Shown piece by piece: positions 46,711 to 56,115 of a stretch of 64,000 nt of DNA; position 1 is the first letter of the stretch, and every line of letters begins with the position of its first letter. This DNA comes from Acidobacteriota bacterium (GTDB lineage: Bacteria; Acidobacteriota; Vicinamibacteria; Vicinamibacterales; 2-12-FULL-66-21), in contig JANMCN010000156.1 of NCBI GenBank assembly GCA_031361295.1, positions 6,801 through 70,800 of the forward strand. The letters are read 5' to 3'. The notes under the pieces were generated by a model, which made no database searches, was not told the DNA's origin, and saw only the letters and a program-made list of their open reading frames with translations. The translations under genes were made by a program, and so were the position numbers.

Positions 46711-49617
46711 TCAAAACGCGCGACCGACGCGCGCGAATGCCGCCCACCCGGGGCGGCGGCCCGACGGATCGTCGCGCCACGCCCCCCCGGCCGTGACCGT
46801 GAGCGGAAGCGCCTCCCCCAGCAGCGTGTCGGCGGACAGCTCGGCGCCATAGGCGCGCCGCACATCCGCCAGACGGAAGGATCCGTCCCACGCGTTGCCG
46901 GCGTCAACGAAGAGCGCGCCGTGGACCTTGCGCAGCATCAGCGGCAGGGTGCCGACGCCGCGCTGCGGCCACGCGAGCGGGAATCTGTAGTCGAGGTTCA
47001 CCACCGCCGCGTGGAACCCGTAGAGGTCCGCGGTGCCGAACCCGCGCAGCAGGCCGACCGCGCCCGTGCCGAATGCGAAGCCCGTGACCTGCGGACCCGA
47101 TCCTCCTGCGTCGAACACGCGACGGATCGCCGGGTCGCCCCACGTGGTCGCCGCCGCGGTCCTGACCGCGACCACCCCGTGGCGGGGCCACACACGAATG
47201 TAGCCGCGCATGTCCGCCGTCGCCGCGCCAGCGCGCCCATCGTCGCCCGCGCCGGTTCGCCGCATCTCGGTCGTGACGGACACGCTTCCACCCTGCTCAG
47301 GGCTGATGGAGTATCCGAACGATCGGGCGCTCGACAGAGTCCATCCGAGTTGCAGCGCCGTCAGCCTGGCGGTGCCTCCAGCCGGCGTGGCGCACGCGGG
47401 ACAGTCGAAGTCGTCGCGGGATGCCTGGATCGCCGCGAGGGCCGCGGTCCGCCATCGCACGCGTCGCACCGGCAGGAGCGCCCCGGCTCTCAGTTCCCGG
47501 GAGCGCACTTCGCCGGACCGCCAGTCGTCAACCGTGTCGGACGCGCCGGCGAAGAGCGTGGGCCACCAGCGCGAGTACGAGTAATCGGCCTCCCAGCTGG
47601 CGGTGTTGCGGGGGACTGCCCACGTGCCGGTGACCAGATACGCGTGCCGCCCGAGCGCGTCGAAGCCGCTCGTGCTCGCCCCGACAAGCAGATCGTCTCG
47701 TCGCGATTCCACGACCGGAGCCCAGTAGCGCGGCGCGAGCGTCGACCAGGGGCGATAAGGCCTCGCGGGAAGACCGGTGATGAGGGGCGCCCGATCCACC
47801 TCCATCTGCGGGAGGGTCGGGGCCTGCGGCACGGCTGCCAACACGCTGGACCATCGCGGCGCATCGAACGGCAGGGAATACAGGTCGTACCCGTCGGCTG
47901 TATATCCGACGAACACGAGTCGATGGCCGTCGGGCGACAGGGTGGGAGACCGTGCACCCGGTCCGGTCCCCAGGAGGCGTCGCACGGCGCCGGTCGTCAC
48001 GTCGACGCCGTAGATGAAAAAGGGCCCGCCGTCCCGATCGGACGAAAAGAGAATCGTCGCGCCATCCCGGAGCCACATCGGCCCGACATTCCGCCCGCGC
48101 CGACTCGATAGCAGTGTGCGGACGTCCCCGGTCGCGGCATCAATGACCACGATCTCGGACGGCCCGCCAAGCCGTCGTCGTTCCGCCGCGACGAATCGGC
48201 CGTCAGGCGACCACCGCGGTGCCGAGAATTCCGTCGACTCCTCGGATGCGAGCGGCGCCGGCCGCGCGAGCGCCCCGCGGGATGGCATCTGCAGCGTTCC
48301 AAGAAAGCGCCGGCCGGTGGTCTGCACCGTGCAGACGATCGTATGCCCGTCCGGCGCGACGTCCGGATCGGCGGCGCGAGCCTCCCGCGTCAGCCTGCGG
48401 GTGGGGCCCCCGTCGAGCGCGACGGCGTACAAATCGGACTGCAGGTCCGCATGGTGGACGACTTCCTGCTGGTTGAACACGAGGTGGTCCCGTGTCGCGG
48501 CGACGCGATCGCCGAGATACCGGGACGCCACCCGCCGCGGGCTGGAGCCGCCCCCTGGGAGTTCCATCAGGGCAGGAAAGTCATGCGGATTCACGATCGA
48601 ATAATAGAGACGCCCGGCCGGACTGAACGACGGCCCTCCGACGATGAAACCGTGGGTGGTCAGGCGCGTGGCGGAGACGGGATCCGGATCGATGGCGAGA
48701 CGCGCGGTCGCGTCCGTCGCGAAGTCCTTCCAGAGTGCGCCGAGCGATCGCCCAAAGACGCCGCGCAAGGCGCGCGCCCCGAAATAGGGCAGCCTCCCGG
48801 CCGTCGCGTCCGAGAGCCGCGCGAGCGACTCCGCGCCGTAGCGGCGCACGAGATAGTCATGGAAGTACGCACCGTAGACGTAGGGCGTATTTCCCGACGG
48901 CCAGTCCACCATGCCGGCGCCGGCACGATCGAGCGGCGCAAACCGGTGTTCCGCCGCGGCGCGGTCGAGGATCATGCGGAAGTCGCCCGCGGGCACGCGG
49001 CCTCCGGCCGTCACGACGCCTTCTTCATAGGTCGCGATTCCCTCGACCTGCCATTCCGGAAGAAACATGTTTGGCGCGAGTACGGGCAGGCGTCCGAAGA
49101 CGTGACGAAGGCCGCCGATCCACCCTCGTCCCTTCTCGAGATGGACGACGTGGGTGTACTCGTGGGAAAACACGGTTCGCAGCCAGTCGCTGGTGTTCCC
49201 GATCGTGCTCGTTGATACCGGCGGCGCCGCGGCAAGCTCGATCAGGTTGAAGGGAAACACTGTCGCCCAGCCGTTCGGCACGTCGCTCTGATCGACGAGG
49301 ACGACGTGGACACGGCCATGCGGCGCACCAAGCCGGGCGTCCACCTCCGAAGCAACGTCGTCGACGAACCCCGCGAGTCGCCGCGCCAGCGCCTCTTCCC
49401 CTTGATGGAAATGGATGTCGAACCGCGGGGTCGAGATCGTCTGGAATCGAAGGCCGGGGTCGTATCGCGTGGTCCCCACCACGCCGTCGAGCGGGGAGGG
49501 GCGTCGCCCCTGCGCACCGGAGGACTCCGCGCCAGACAGGGCGATCAGCAGGGCAACGACAAGTTGCCGGCGCGCGAACCGCCGCCGCCCGGACTGTCCG
49601 GTCCGGCAGATGCGCAT
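46711..49617 (-). CDS. Outer-membrane fusion protein: HExxH metallopeptidase-like region + TolB-like (PD40) beta-propeller repeats + C-terminal Omp85/bacterial-surface-antigen beta-barrel
   Basis: Signal peptide MRICRTGQSGRRRFARRQLVVALLIALSGA. HEYTH at 49150-49164 with a downstream EGIATYEE. Repeats such as PRWSPDGRFVA and PTLSPDGHRLVFV. The C-terminus LLRGFG...NLDYRFPL...GALFVDAGNAW...AFARVGRAF ends in Phe, as OMP barrels do. Confidence 0.75.
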   Translation of the reverse strand: MRICRTGQSGRRRFARRQLVVALLIALSGAESSGAQGRRPSPLDGVVGTTRYDPGLRFQTISTPRFDIHFHQGEEALARRLAGFVDDVASEVDARLGAPHGRVHVVLVDQSDVPNGWATVFPFNLIELAAAPPVSTSTIGNTSDWLRTVFSHEYTHVVHLEKGRGWIGGLRHVFGRLPVLAPNMFLPEWQVEGIATYEEGVVTAGGRVPAGDFRMILDRAAAEHRFAPLDRAGAGMVDWPSGNTPYVYGAYFHDYLVRRYGAESLARLSDATAGRLPYFGARALRGVFGRSLGALWKDFATDATARLAIDPDPVSATRLTTHGFIVGGPSFSPAGRLYYSIVNPHDFPALMELPGGGSSPRRVASRYLGDRVAATRDHLVFNQQEVVHHADLQSDLYAVALDGGPTRRLTREARAADPDVAPDGHTIVCTVQTTGRRFLGTLQMPSRGALARPAPLASEESTEFSAPRWSPDGRFVAAERRRLGGPSEIVVIDAATGDVRTLLSSRRGRNVGPMWLRDGATILFSSDRDGGPFFIYGVDVTTGAVRRLLGTGPGARSPTLSPDGHRLVFVGYTADGYDLYSLPFDAPRWSSVLAAVPQAPTLPQMEVDRAPLITGLPARPYRPWSTLAPRYWAPVVESRRDDLLVGASTSGFDALGRHAYLVTGTWAVPRNTASWEADYSYSRWWPTLFAGASDTVDDWRSGEVRSRELRAGALLPVRRVRWRTAALAAIQASRDDFDCPACATPAGGTARLTALQLGWTLSSARSFGYSISPEQGGSVSVTTEMRRTGAGDDGRAGAATADMRGYIRVWPRHGVVAVRTAAATTWGDPAIRRVFDAGGSGPQVTGFAFGTGAVGLLRGFGTADLYGFHAAVVNLDYRFPLAWPQRGVGTLPLMLRKVHGALFVDAGNAWDGSFRLADVRRAYGAELSADTLLGEALPLTVTAGGAWRDDPSGRRPGWAAFARVGRAF

Positions 49618-49634
49618 GGAATGAGGGCGTGCGG

Positions 49635-51179
49635 TCACCGGGCGGCCGCGACCGCGGGATCCCGGTACACGTTCTTCAAGAAGCCGTAGTCTGCAATGGG
49701 CGACAGCGCGACGCCGCGGATGTCGGGCTGGAAAATCGCGACATTGGTGCGGTACCACAGGCTGATGTACGGCACGTCTTCGGCGATGAGCCGCTGGGCC
49801 TTCGTGTACGAGGCACCGCGGTGTTCTTCATCAGTGGCCGCGGACGCATCCTCGATCAGCCGATCGACAGCGGGATTGCTGTAATGAACCCGGTTGAGGC
49901 CTGCAGGGGGCTGCTGGGCCGAGTGGTAAACGAGCCGCAGCATGTCCGGATCGGTCACCCCGACCCACTGGAGCGTGTAGAGCTGGAAGTTGCCCCGGCG
50001 CACATCCGCCGAGAGCGTCTGGAGCTCGGACGAACGGATCTCGAGCGCGATGCCGACACGCGCGAGATCGTGCTGGATCGCGGCGGCCTGCAGCCGATAC
50101 ACCTCGGAGGTGGACGTCTTCAGCGACAGCCGGAAGCGCGGGAGCGGGCCGGGGCCGTCCGGGTCCGGATACCCGGCCGCATCGAGCAGCCGCTCCGCCT
50201 CCGCGGGATCGTGCGTGAAATCGAACACGCCCCGCTCGAACGCCCACGACATCGGCGGCACAATCCCGACAGCCGTCGTCGCAAACCCGCGCCGCAGGTA
50301 CTTGACGATGGCGTCGCGATCGATCGCGTATCCAATCGCCTTGCGCACGCCGATCCGGCTGAGCACGGGATCCTGCAGGTTCATGCCCAGGTATGCGTAA
50401 TCGGTGCCTGCCGCCGTCGCCACCTGCATCCGTCCCTCGTGGCCGAGCTGCCACGCGATGTCCGGGGACAGATCGTTGACGACGAGATCGACCGTGCCCT
50501 TCCGGAGCTCGAGACCGCGCATCGTGTCGTCCGGAATCACCTCGAGCACGAGCCCGGCGTTTTTCGGCGCACCCGCGTAGTAGCCGGCGAACGCGCGCAG
50601 GACGACCCGTTCGTCGGGGATGAACTCCACCAGGCGGTACGGCCCCGTGCCTACGGGCGCGCGCGCGTTGGCGGCGCCGGACCCCGCCTGCACGATCCCC
50701 ATCACCAGGTTGATCGGGAAGGACCCGGCGGGAGCCTTCAGCCTGAACTCGACCGTGTAGCGATCACGCGCCGTGACGGCGGCCAGCTGCCGATACGCGC
50801 CGGTCCGACCCCGGAAGGTCGGATCCAGAAAGCTCCGGAAGGTGTACACGACGTCGTCGGAGGTCAGCTCCCGCCCGTTGTGGAACATCACACCGCGGCG
50901 GAGGTGCGCGACGTATGTGACCGGGTCGGGCTGATCGATGGCGTCGGCCAGATCGGGCACGACGCGAAGCTGATTGTCGATCCGGACGAGCGTGCTGAAG
51001 AGCAGCTGGTGGAGTTTCTGTGACGCGGCATCGGTGCCGACCCGTGGATCGAGATTGATCACGGGGTCCGCCATCGCGACGACGATCGACGTGCGGTCCG
51101 CAGGCGCCTGCCGGCAACCCGCGCTCCACACCATGGCGACGGCGAGCACCCGCGCCAGCCTCGGGCAACCCCGAGTCAT
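49635..51179 (-). CDS. ABC transporter substrate-binding lipoprotein, family 5 (peptide/nickel type)
   Basis: Lipobox MTRGCPRLARVLAVAMVWSAGC. Family-5 SBP-like sequence throughout (TGPYRLVEFIPDERVVL, NLQDPVL...RKAIGYAIDR). Its ATG overlaps the mutS stop (ATGA at 51176-51179). Confidence 0.85.
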   Translation of the reverse strand: MTRGCPRLARVLAVAMVWSAGCRQAPADRTSIVVAMADPVINLDPRVGTDAASQKLHQLLFSTLVRIDNQLRVVPDLADAIDQPDPVTYVAHLRRGVMFHNGRELTSDDVVYTFRSFLDPTFRGRTGAYRQLAAVTARDRYTVEFRLKAPAGSFPINLVMGIVQAGSGAANARAPVGTGPYRLVEFIPDERVVLRAFAGYYAGAPKNAGLVLEVIPDDTMRGLELRKGTVDLVVNDLSPDIAWQLGHEGRMQVATAAGTDYAYLGMNLQDPVLSRIGVRKAIGYAIDRDAIVKYLRRGFATTAVGIVPPMSWAFERGVFDFTHDPAEAERLLDAAGYPDPDGPGPLPRFRLSLKTSTSEVYRLQAAAIQHDLARVGIALEIRSSELQTLSADVRRGNFQLYTLQWVGVTDPDMLRLVYHSAQQPPAGLNRVHYSNPAVDRLIEDASAATDEEHRGASYTKAQRLIAEDVPYISLWYRTNVAIFQPDIRGVALSPIADYGFLKNVYRDPAVAAAR

Positions 51180-53824
51180 CCCCCAGCCTCGACCTTGAGC
51201 TCCGCGAGCAGGCACAGCGCCTGCATCGGGGTAATGGTATTGACATCGAGCGCCTGCAGGCGGCGGTGCACCGGATCGTCGGCCTGTGCCGGCGCCTGGA
51301 ACAGGCCGGGCTGGCGCGGCCGCGCGGTCGCGTCGCCGCTGAGCGATGGACGCCCGCCGCGCGACAGCTCGTCTCGCTCGAGGCCATTCAGGATTTCACG
51401 AGCCCGGCCGACGACCGCCGGCGGAAGGCCGGCCAGCCGCGCCACCTGGATGCCGTAGCTGCGATCCGATCGACCGGGCACGACCTTCCGCAGGAACACG
51501 ATGTCCTCTTTCCATTCGCGCACGACGACGTGGTAGTTGGCGACCGAGGGGAGCGCATCCGCCAGGTCGGTGAGCTCGTGGTAGTGCGTGGCGAAGATCG
51601 TCTTGGGCCGCGCCCGGCTGCTGGACGCCAGGTGCTCCGCCACCGCCCATGCGAGGCTGAGGCCGTCGAACGTCGATGTGCCGCGGCCGATCTCGTCGAG
51701 GATGACCAGGCTTCGCGCCGTGGCGCAGTGCAGGATGTTGGCGGTCTCCTGCATCTCGACCATGAACGTCGACTGGCCCCGCGCGATGTTGTCGGACGCG
51801 CCGACACGGGCGAACAGGCGGTCGACGACCGGGAGCTTGGCGGTGCGGGCGGGCACGAAGGAGCCCGCCTGGGCCATCAGGCACAGCAGCGCCGTCTGCC
51901 GGAGGTACGTGGACTTGCCGCCCATATTCGGACCGGTCAGGATGATCAGCTGATGCGCGGCGGCGTCGAGCGTGACGTCGTTCGGCACGAACGCGTCCGC
52001 CGCGTGGCGCTCGACGACCGCGTGCCGCGCGTCGGTCGCGACGAGCTCGTCGCCGGCGTGCATCTGGGGCTTGATGTAATTCTGGACCGCGGCGGTTTCA
52101 GCCAGCGAGCACAGGACGTCGAACGACGCAACGGCGCGGGCCGTCTCCTGCACGCGCGGCGCTTCGGCCGCGACGCGGCGGCGGAGCGCGTCGAAGATTT
52201 CCAGCTCGCGTTCGAGGAGGCGCTCGTCCGCGCCGAGGACCTTCGCTTCGTAGGTCTTGAGGGCCGGTGTCGTGAACCGTTCGCCGCCGGCAATCGTCTG
52301 CTTGCGGTCGTAGTCCGCCGGCACGTTGCCGAGATTCGATCGGGAAATCTCGATGTAGTAGCCGAACACGCGGTTGAATCGGATCTTGAGCGAACCAATG
52401 CCGGTGCGGGCGCGCTCGGCCTCTTCCATTTCCGCGATGCGCTGCCGCCCGGATCGGCTGATGCCGCGGAGGTCGTCGATTTCAGGGTCCACGCCGTCCC
52501 GCACGACGCTGCCATCGCGCGCGAGCGCCGGCGGCTCGTCGAGCAGGGTACGATCGAGCTCGCGCCGCAGATCCGGAAGGTCGTCGAGCCCGGCGGCGAG
52601 GCTGCGCACGAGCGGAGCCTGGAATTCATCGAGCAGCATGCGGAGGCGCGGCACGGCAGACATGGACTGCCGGAACGAGACGAGGTCCCGGGGCCCCGCG
52701 GTTCCGAGCGCTGCGCGGGCGACGAGACGTTCGACGTCGTGCACCGACTTGAGCGTGTCCCGCACCTTGGTGCGCTCGGTGCTGCGGAACGCCAGCTCCT
52801 CGACCGCATCGAGCCGATCCTGGATGCGATCGAGCGACACGAGAGGCCGCAGCAACCACGATCGCAGGAGGCGGCCGCCCATCGGCGTCATCGTCCGATC
52901 GATTTCGTGCAGCAGCGATCCGGTCCGGCCGCCGTCCGCCGCCGCAATCACTTCCAGGTTTCGCAGCGTGGTCGGATCGATGACCATGCAGTCGGCGGCC
53001 GTGCGGAACGCAATCTCCCGCACGTGAGCCAGATCGGCTTTCTGCGTGTCGCGCAGGTACTGCACGAGCGCGCCGGCGGCACGCGTGGCCGCCGGACGAT
53101 CGTCGAGTCCGAACCCGTGGAGCGTCTGGGTCTGCATCTGGGCGAGCAGCGATCGACGCGCCGCCTCGAACTCGAACGTCCAGTCGTCCGCCGGCGTGAG
53201 CCGCGCCTCGAGGCGCAGCTCGGCGATCATCGCCGCTGCATCCTCGAAGGCCCCCGGCGCGACGATCTCGCGCGGGCGCAGCACCGAGAGCTCGTCGGCG
53301 AGCGCCTGGCGTGCGTCGGGGCCGGCGAATTCGGCCGCCGTGAATTCACCGGTCGAGACGTCGAGGAGCGCGACGCCGTAGCCGGGGGCCGGCTGCATCG
53401 GACAGATGGCAATGAGCAGCGCGGGCTCCCGCGCATCGAGGTAGGCGGCATCGGTCAGGGTCCCGGGCGACACGACCCGGACGACTTCACGCCGGACGAG
53501 CCCCTTCACTTTCCTGGGATCCTCCATCTGCTCGCAGATGGCCACGCGGAATCCCTTTGTGACGAGGCGGGCGATGTAGCCGTCCGCGGCGTGATAGGGC
53601 AGGCCGCACATCGGGATGGCGCCGCCGGTCGAGTCCTTCGAACGCGACGTCAGGGTCAGCTCAAGCGCGCGCGCGGCCGTCAGCGCGTCCTCGTAGAACA
53701 TTTCGTAGAAGTCGCCCATGCGGAAGAACACGATCGCGTCGCGATACTGCCGCTTCGCTTCGAAATACTGCCGCATGGCCGGCGTCGCGCCGGCAGGTTC
53801 GCTGGACACAGGAGGGGAGGACAT
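51176..53824 (-). CDS. mutS: DNA mismatch repair protein MutS
   Basis: TPAMRQYFEAKRQYRDAIVFFRMGDFYEMFYEDA (mismatch-binding domain), Walker A GPNMGGKSTYLRQ, Walker B LVILDEIGRGTSTFDG. The start is at MSSPPV (53824). The upstream 218 codons of the ORF are R/G/P-rich junk. Confidence 0.92.
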   Translation of the reverse strand: MSSPPVSSEPAGATPAMRQYFEAKRQYRDAIVFFRMGDFYEMFYEDALTAARALELTLTSRSKDSTGGAIPMCGLPYHAADGYIARLVTKGFRVAICEQMEDPRKVKGLVRREVVRVVSPGTLTDAAYLDAREPALLIAICPMQPAPGYGVALLDVSTGEFTAAEFAGPDARQALADELSVLRPREIVAPGAFEDAAAMIAELRLEARLTPADDWTFEFEAARRSLLAQMQTQTLHGFGLDDRPAATRAAGALVQYLRDTQKADLAHVREIAFRTAADCMVIDPTTLRNLEVIAAADGGRTGSLLHEIDRTMTPMGGRLLRSWLLRPLVSLDRIQDRLDAVEELAFRSTERTKVRDTLKSVHDVERLVARAALGTAGPRDLVSFRQSMSAVPRLRMLLDEFQAPLVRSLAAGLDDLPDLRRELDRTLLDEPPALARDGSVVRDGVDPEIDDLRGISRSGRQRIAEMEEAERARTGIGSLKIRFNRVFGYYIEISRSNLGNVPADYDRKQTIAGGERFTTPALKTYEAKVLGADERLLERELEIFDALRRRVAAEAPRVQETARAVASFDVLCSLAETAAVQNYIKPQMHAGDELVATDARHAVVERHAADAFVPNDVTLDAAAHQLIILTGPNMGGKSTYLRQTALLCLMAQAGSFVPARTAKLPVVDRLFARVGASDNIARGQSTFMVEMQETANILHCATARSLVILDEIGRGTSTFDGLSLAWAVAEHLASSSRARPKTIFATHYHELTDLADALPSVANYHVVVREWKEDIVFLRKVVPGRSDRSYGIQVARLAGLPPAVVGRAREILNGLERDELSRGGRPSLSGDATARPRQPGLFQAPAQADDPVHRRLQALDVNTITPMQALCLLAELKVEAGG

Positions 53825-53857
53825 TTCGGGAGGTCCGGCCAGTATAACATTGGGATC

Positions 53858-54550
53858 TTGATCATCCTGTCGCTCGACACGACGACGTCCGCCGGGAGTG
53901 CCGCGGTGCTCCGCGACGGCCTGGTGCTCGCGGAGTCTGCCGGGAATCCGGACATCACCCACGGACAGCGCCTGCCCGCGGACCTCGACCGGGTCCTTCG
54001 CCAGGCGGCGGTCCGGATCGAGGACATCGACCTGTTCGCCGTCGCCGCCGGTCCGGGATCCTTCACCGGGCTGCGTGTGGGGATCGCGACGGCGCAGGGG
54101 CTCGCGACGGCGCGCGGACGCCGCGTGGTCGCGGTGTCGGCTCTCGAGGCGCTCGCGCGGGCCGCCGCAAACGCCGGCGCGCCGATTGCCGCCTGGATGG
54201 ACGCTCATCGCGGCCAGGTGTTCTCCGAGGTGTATGCCCCGAACGGCCTCGACGTCGTGCGGACGGCGGAGGCCTCCCTGCCGGCCGCCCTGCTCGATTC
54301 CTGGGATCACCGCGACCCGGACGCCGGGCCGATCTTCATCGGTGACGGCGCCGTGCGCTACCGGGCTGAGATCCAGGCGCGATTTGGGCCCACCGTCGTG
54401 GTGATGGACCCCCCGCCGCTGGCCGGGATCATCGGCCGGATTGCAGCCGAGCGGCCCGACCGCGCCGTCCTGCCCCATGCCGTCGTTCCCATCTACATCC
54501 GCAAGCCGGATGCTGTACTGGCGCGCATCCGCCGCCTCGCCGGCGGCTGA
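53858..54550 (+). CDS. tsaB: tRNA t6A biosynthesis protein TsaB
   Basis: (M)IILSLDTTTSAGSAAV...AVAAGPGSFTGLRVGIATAQGLA. A TTG start at 53858 gives the family-typical N-terminus. The long upstream ORF is antisense to mutS. Confidence 0.8.
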   Translation: MIILSLDTTTSAGSAAVLRDGLVLAESAGNPDITHGQRLPADLDRVLRQAAVRIEDIDLFAVAAGPGSFTGLRVGIATAQGLATARGRRVVAVSALEALARAAANAGAPIAAWMDAHRGQVFSEVYAPNGLDVVRTAEASLPAALLDSWDHRDPDAGPIFIGDGAVRYRAEIQARFGPTVVVMDPPPLAGIIGRIAAERPDRAVLPHAVVPIYIRKPDAVLARIRRLAGG

Positions 54551-54555
54551 GTCCC

Positions 54556-55044
54556 ATGGACGACCTGGTCTGGTCGGTTGCCCGGCTGGCGGGCGAAGAG
54601 GAGCTGGACCGCGTCGTCGCGATCGAAGCCGCGTCGTTCTCCAAACCCTGGACGCGTGAGATGCTGGCCCGCGAACTCCGGCATTCGGACGTGACGCGCG
54701 TCTACGTCCTCAAGCTCGCGGATGGGCGACTTGTCGCGTTTTGCGCGTGCTGGCTGGTCATGGACGAGGTCCACATCAATACCGTGGCGGTCGAGGCGGC
54801 GATGCGCCGCCGGGGGCTCGCCACGGCGCTCCTCGATTACGTGCTCGCCGACGTGATCGGCGCGGGCGCGCGGCAGGCGACCCTGGAGGTGCGGCGGTCC
54901 AACACCGCCGCCCTGCGGCTGTACGAGCGGCTCGGCTTCGTCGTCGCCGCCGTTCGTTCGAAGTACTACGCCGATCCCGAGGAGGATGGTCTGATTCTCT
55001 GGCGCCACGACCTGCGTCTGCCCCCGACCGGGCCGCCTCCTTGA
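54556..55044 (+). CDS. rimI: Ribosomal-protein-alanine N-acetyltransferase RimI (GNAT)
   Basis: AIEAASFSKPW, INTVAVEAAMRRRGLATALL (acetyl-CoA motif A), LEVRRSNTAALRLYERLGF. It lies 5 nt after tsaB, the usual gene order. Confidence 0.8.
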   Translation: MDDLVWSVARLAGEEELDRVVAIEAASFSKPWTREMLARELRHSDVTRVYVLKLADGRLVAFCACWLVMDEVHINTVAVEAAMRRRGLATALLDYVLADVIGAGARQATLEVRRSNTAALRLYERLGFVVAAVRSKYYADPEEDGLILWRHDLRLPPTGPPP

Positions 55045-55119
55045 AGGTGCGTGGGTCTTGTGGTAGGTTCCCGGTATGGCTGCCCGCGTGCGAAGGACCT
55101 CTTCCCCAGGAGGCGCAAA

Positions 55120-55371
55120 ATGCCCAAAGATTTCGAAGAGCTGAAGCGTGAACTGCTGCGGAGCGACGACGAATTCCGCCAGCTGGCCACCCTGCATCAC
55201 GACCTCGACGAACGCATCCACAACCTCACCACCCGCAATTTCCTGTCGGAACCGGAACAAGTCGAAGAGATCCGGCTGAAGAAGCACAAGCTGCACCTGA
55301 AAGACCAGATGGAAAGCATCCTCCGTCGTCACACGGGTGACGGCGAGGCGCCGCACGCCGCGCGGCATTGA
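55120..55371 (+). CDS. DUF465 (YdcH-like) small coiled-coil protein
   Basis: AGGAGG 6 nt upstream of ATG 55120. DDEFRQLATLHHDLDERIHNL...EEIRLKKHKLHLKDQME is the DUF465 pattern. Confidence 0.75.
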   Translation: MPKDFEELKRELLRSDDEFRQLATLHHDLDERIHNLTTRNFLSEPEQVEEIRLKKHKLHLKDQMESILRRHTGDGEAPHAARH

Positions 55372-55476
55372 ACGCGGCCGTCACCCCACGCCTGTTCACG
55401 AGGGCCAGCGCCGAGGTGCGCACGCGCACCGCCGCTGGTCCCCGCGATGTCAGCGACTGTCCGGACATCCGTTCTC

Positions 55477-56115
55477 ATGAAAATCGATCGTGCGGGATTC
55501 CCCTTCATCGCGGCCGCGCTTGTACCGGCGGCGGCGCTGGCCGCACGGCGCAGGCCGGTGCTGGCCCTCTCGTTCGCCGCGCTCGGCGGCTTCCTGACCT
55601 ATTTCTTCCGCGACCCCGAGCGGCGCGTCCCGCAGGGGGCGGATCTCGTCGTGTCCCCGGCGGACGGGCGCGTGATGATCGCGGGACCGGGCGACGGGCG
55701 CTGGGCGCCCCCGGGCGACTGGACGCAGGTCACCATTTTTCTGTCGCCGATGGACGTGCACATCAACCGGACGCCGGTCGACGGACGGGTCGAGCGCATC
55801 GAATACCGGCCGGGGAAATTCCTGCCGGCCTACAATGAGGGCTCGAACGACAATGAGCTCAACGAGCTCTGGATCGATCACGGCGGGCGGAACGTCGTGT
55901 TCCGACAGGTGGTCGGGCTGCTGGCGCGCAGGATTGTCTGCCGGGTGCAGGAGGGGGACATGCTCGAGCGCGGACAGCGCGTCGGCCTGATGAAGTTCGG
56001 ATCGCGCATGGACGTGTTCCTGCCGATCGACGCGGAGCTGAAGGTCTCGGTGGGGGAGCGTGTCGTCGGCGGCGAAACCGTACTGGCGATCCTCCGGGGC
56101 GCCGGTGGTCGATAG
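55477..56115 (+). CDS. psd: Phosphatidylserine decarboxylase proenzyme (short type)
   Basis: VVSPADGRV, IFLSPMDVHINRTPVDGRV, and the self-cleavage site region MKFGSRMDVFLP. The start could be 55447. Confidence 0.85.
   Translation: MKIDRAGFPFIAAALVPAAALAARRRPVLALSFAALGGFLTYFFRDPERRVPQGADLVVSPADGRVMIAGPGDGRWAPPGDWTQVTIFLSPMDVHINRTPVDGRVERIEYRPGKFLPAYNEGSNDNELNELWIDHGGRNVVFRQVVGLLARRIVCRVQEGDMLERGQRVGLMKFGSRMDVFLPIDAELKVSVGERVVGGETVLAILRGAGGR

Noticed and set aside
51266-54550. 1094-aa ORF on the plus strand
   Set aside because: About 860 of its codons are antisense to an unmistakable mutS and translate to R/G/P/A-rich low-complexity sequence. Only the last ~230 codons, from TTG 53858, are a real gene (tsaB). 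It is a stop-poor antisense frame typical of GC-rich DNA.
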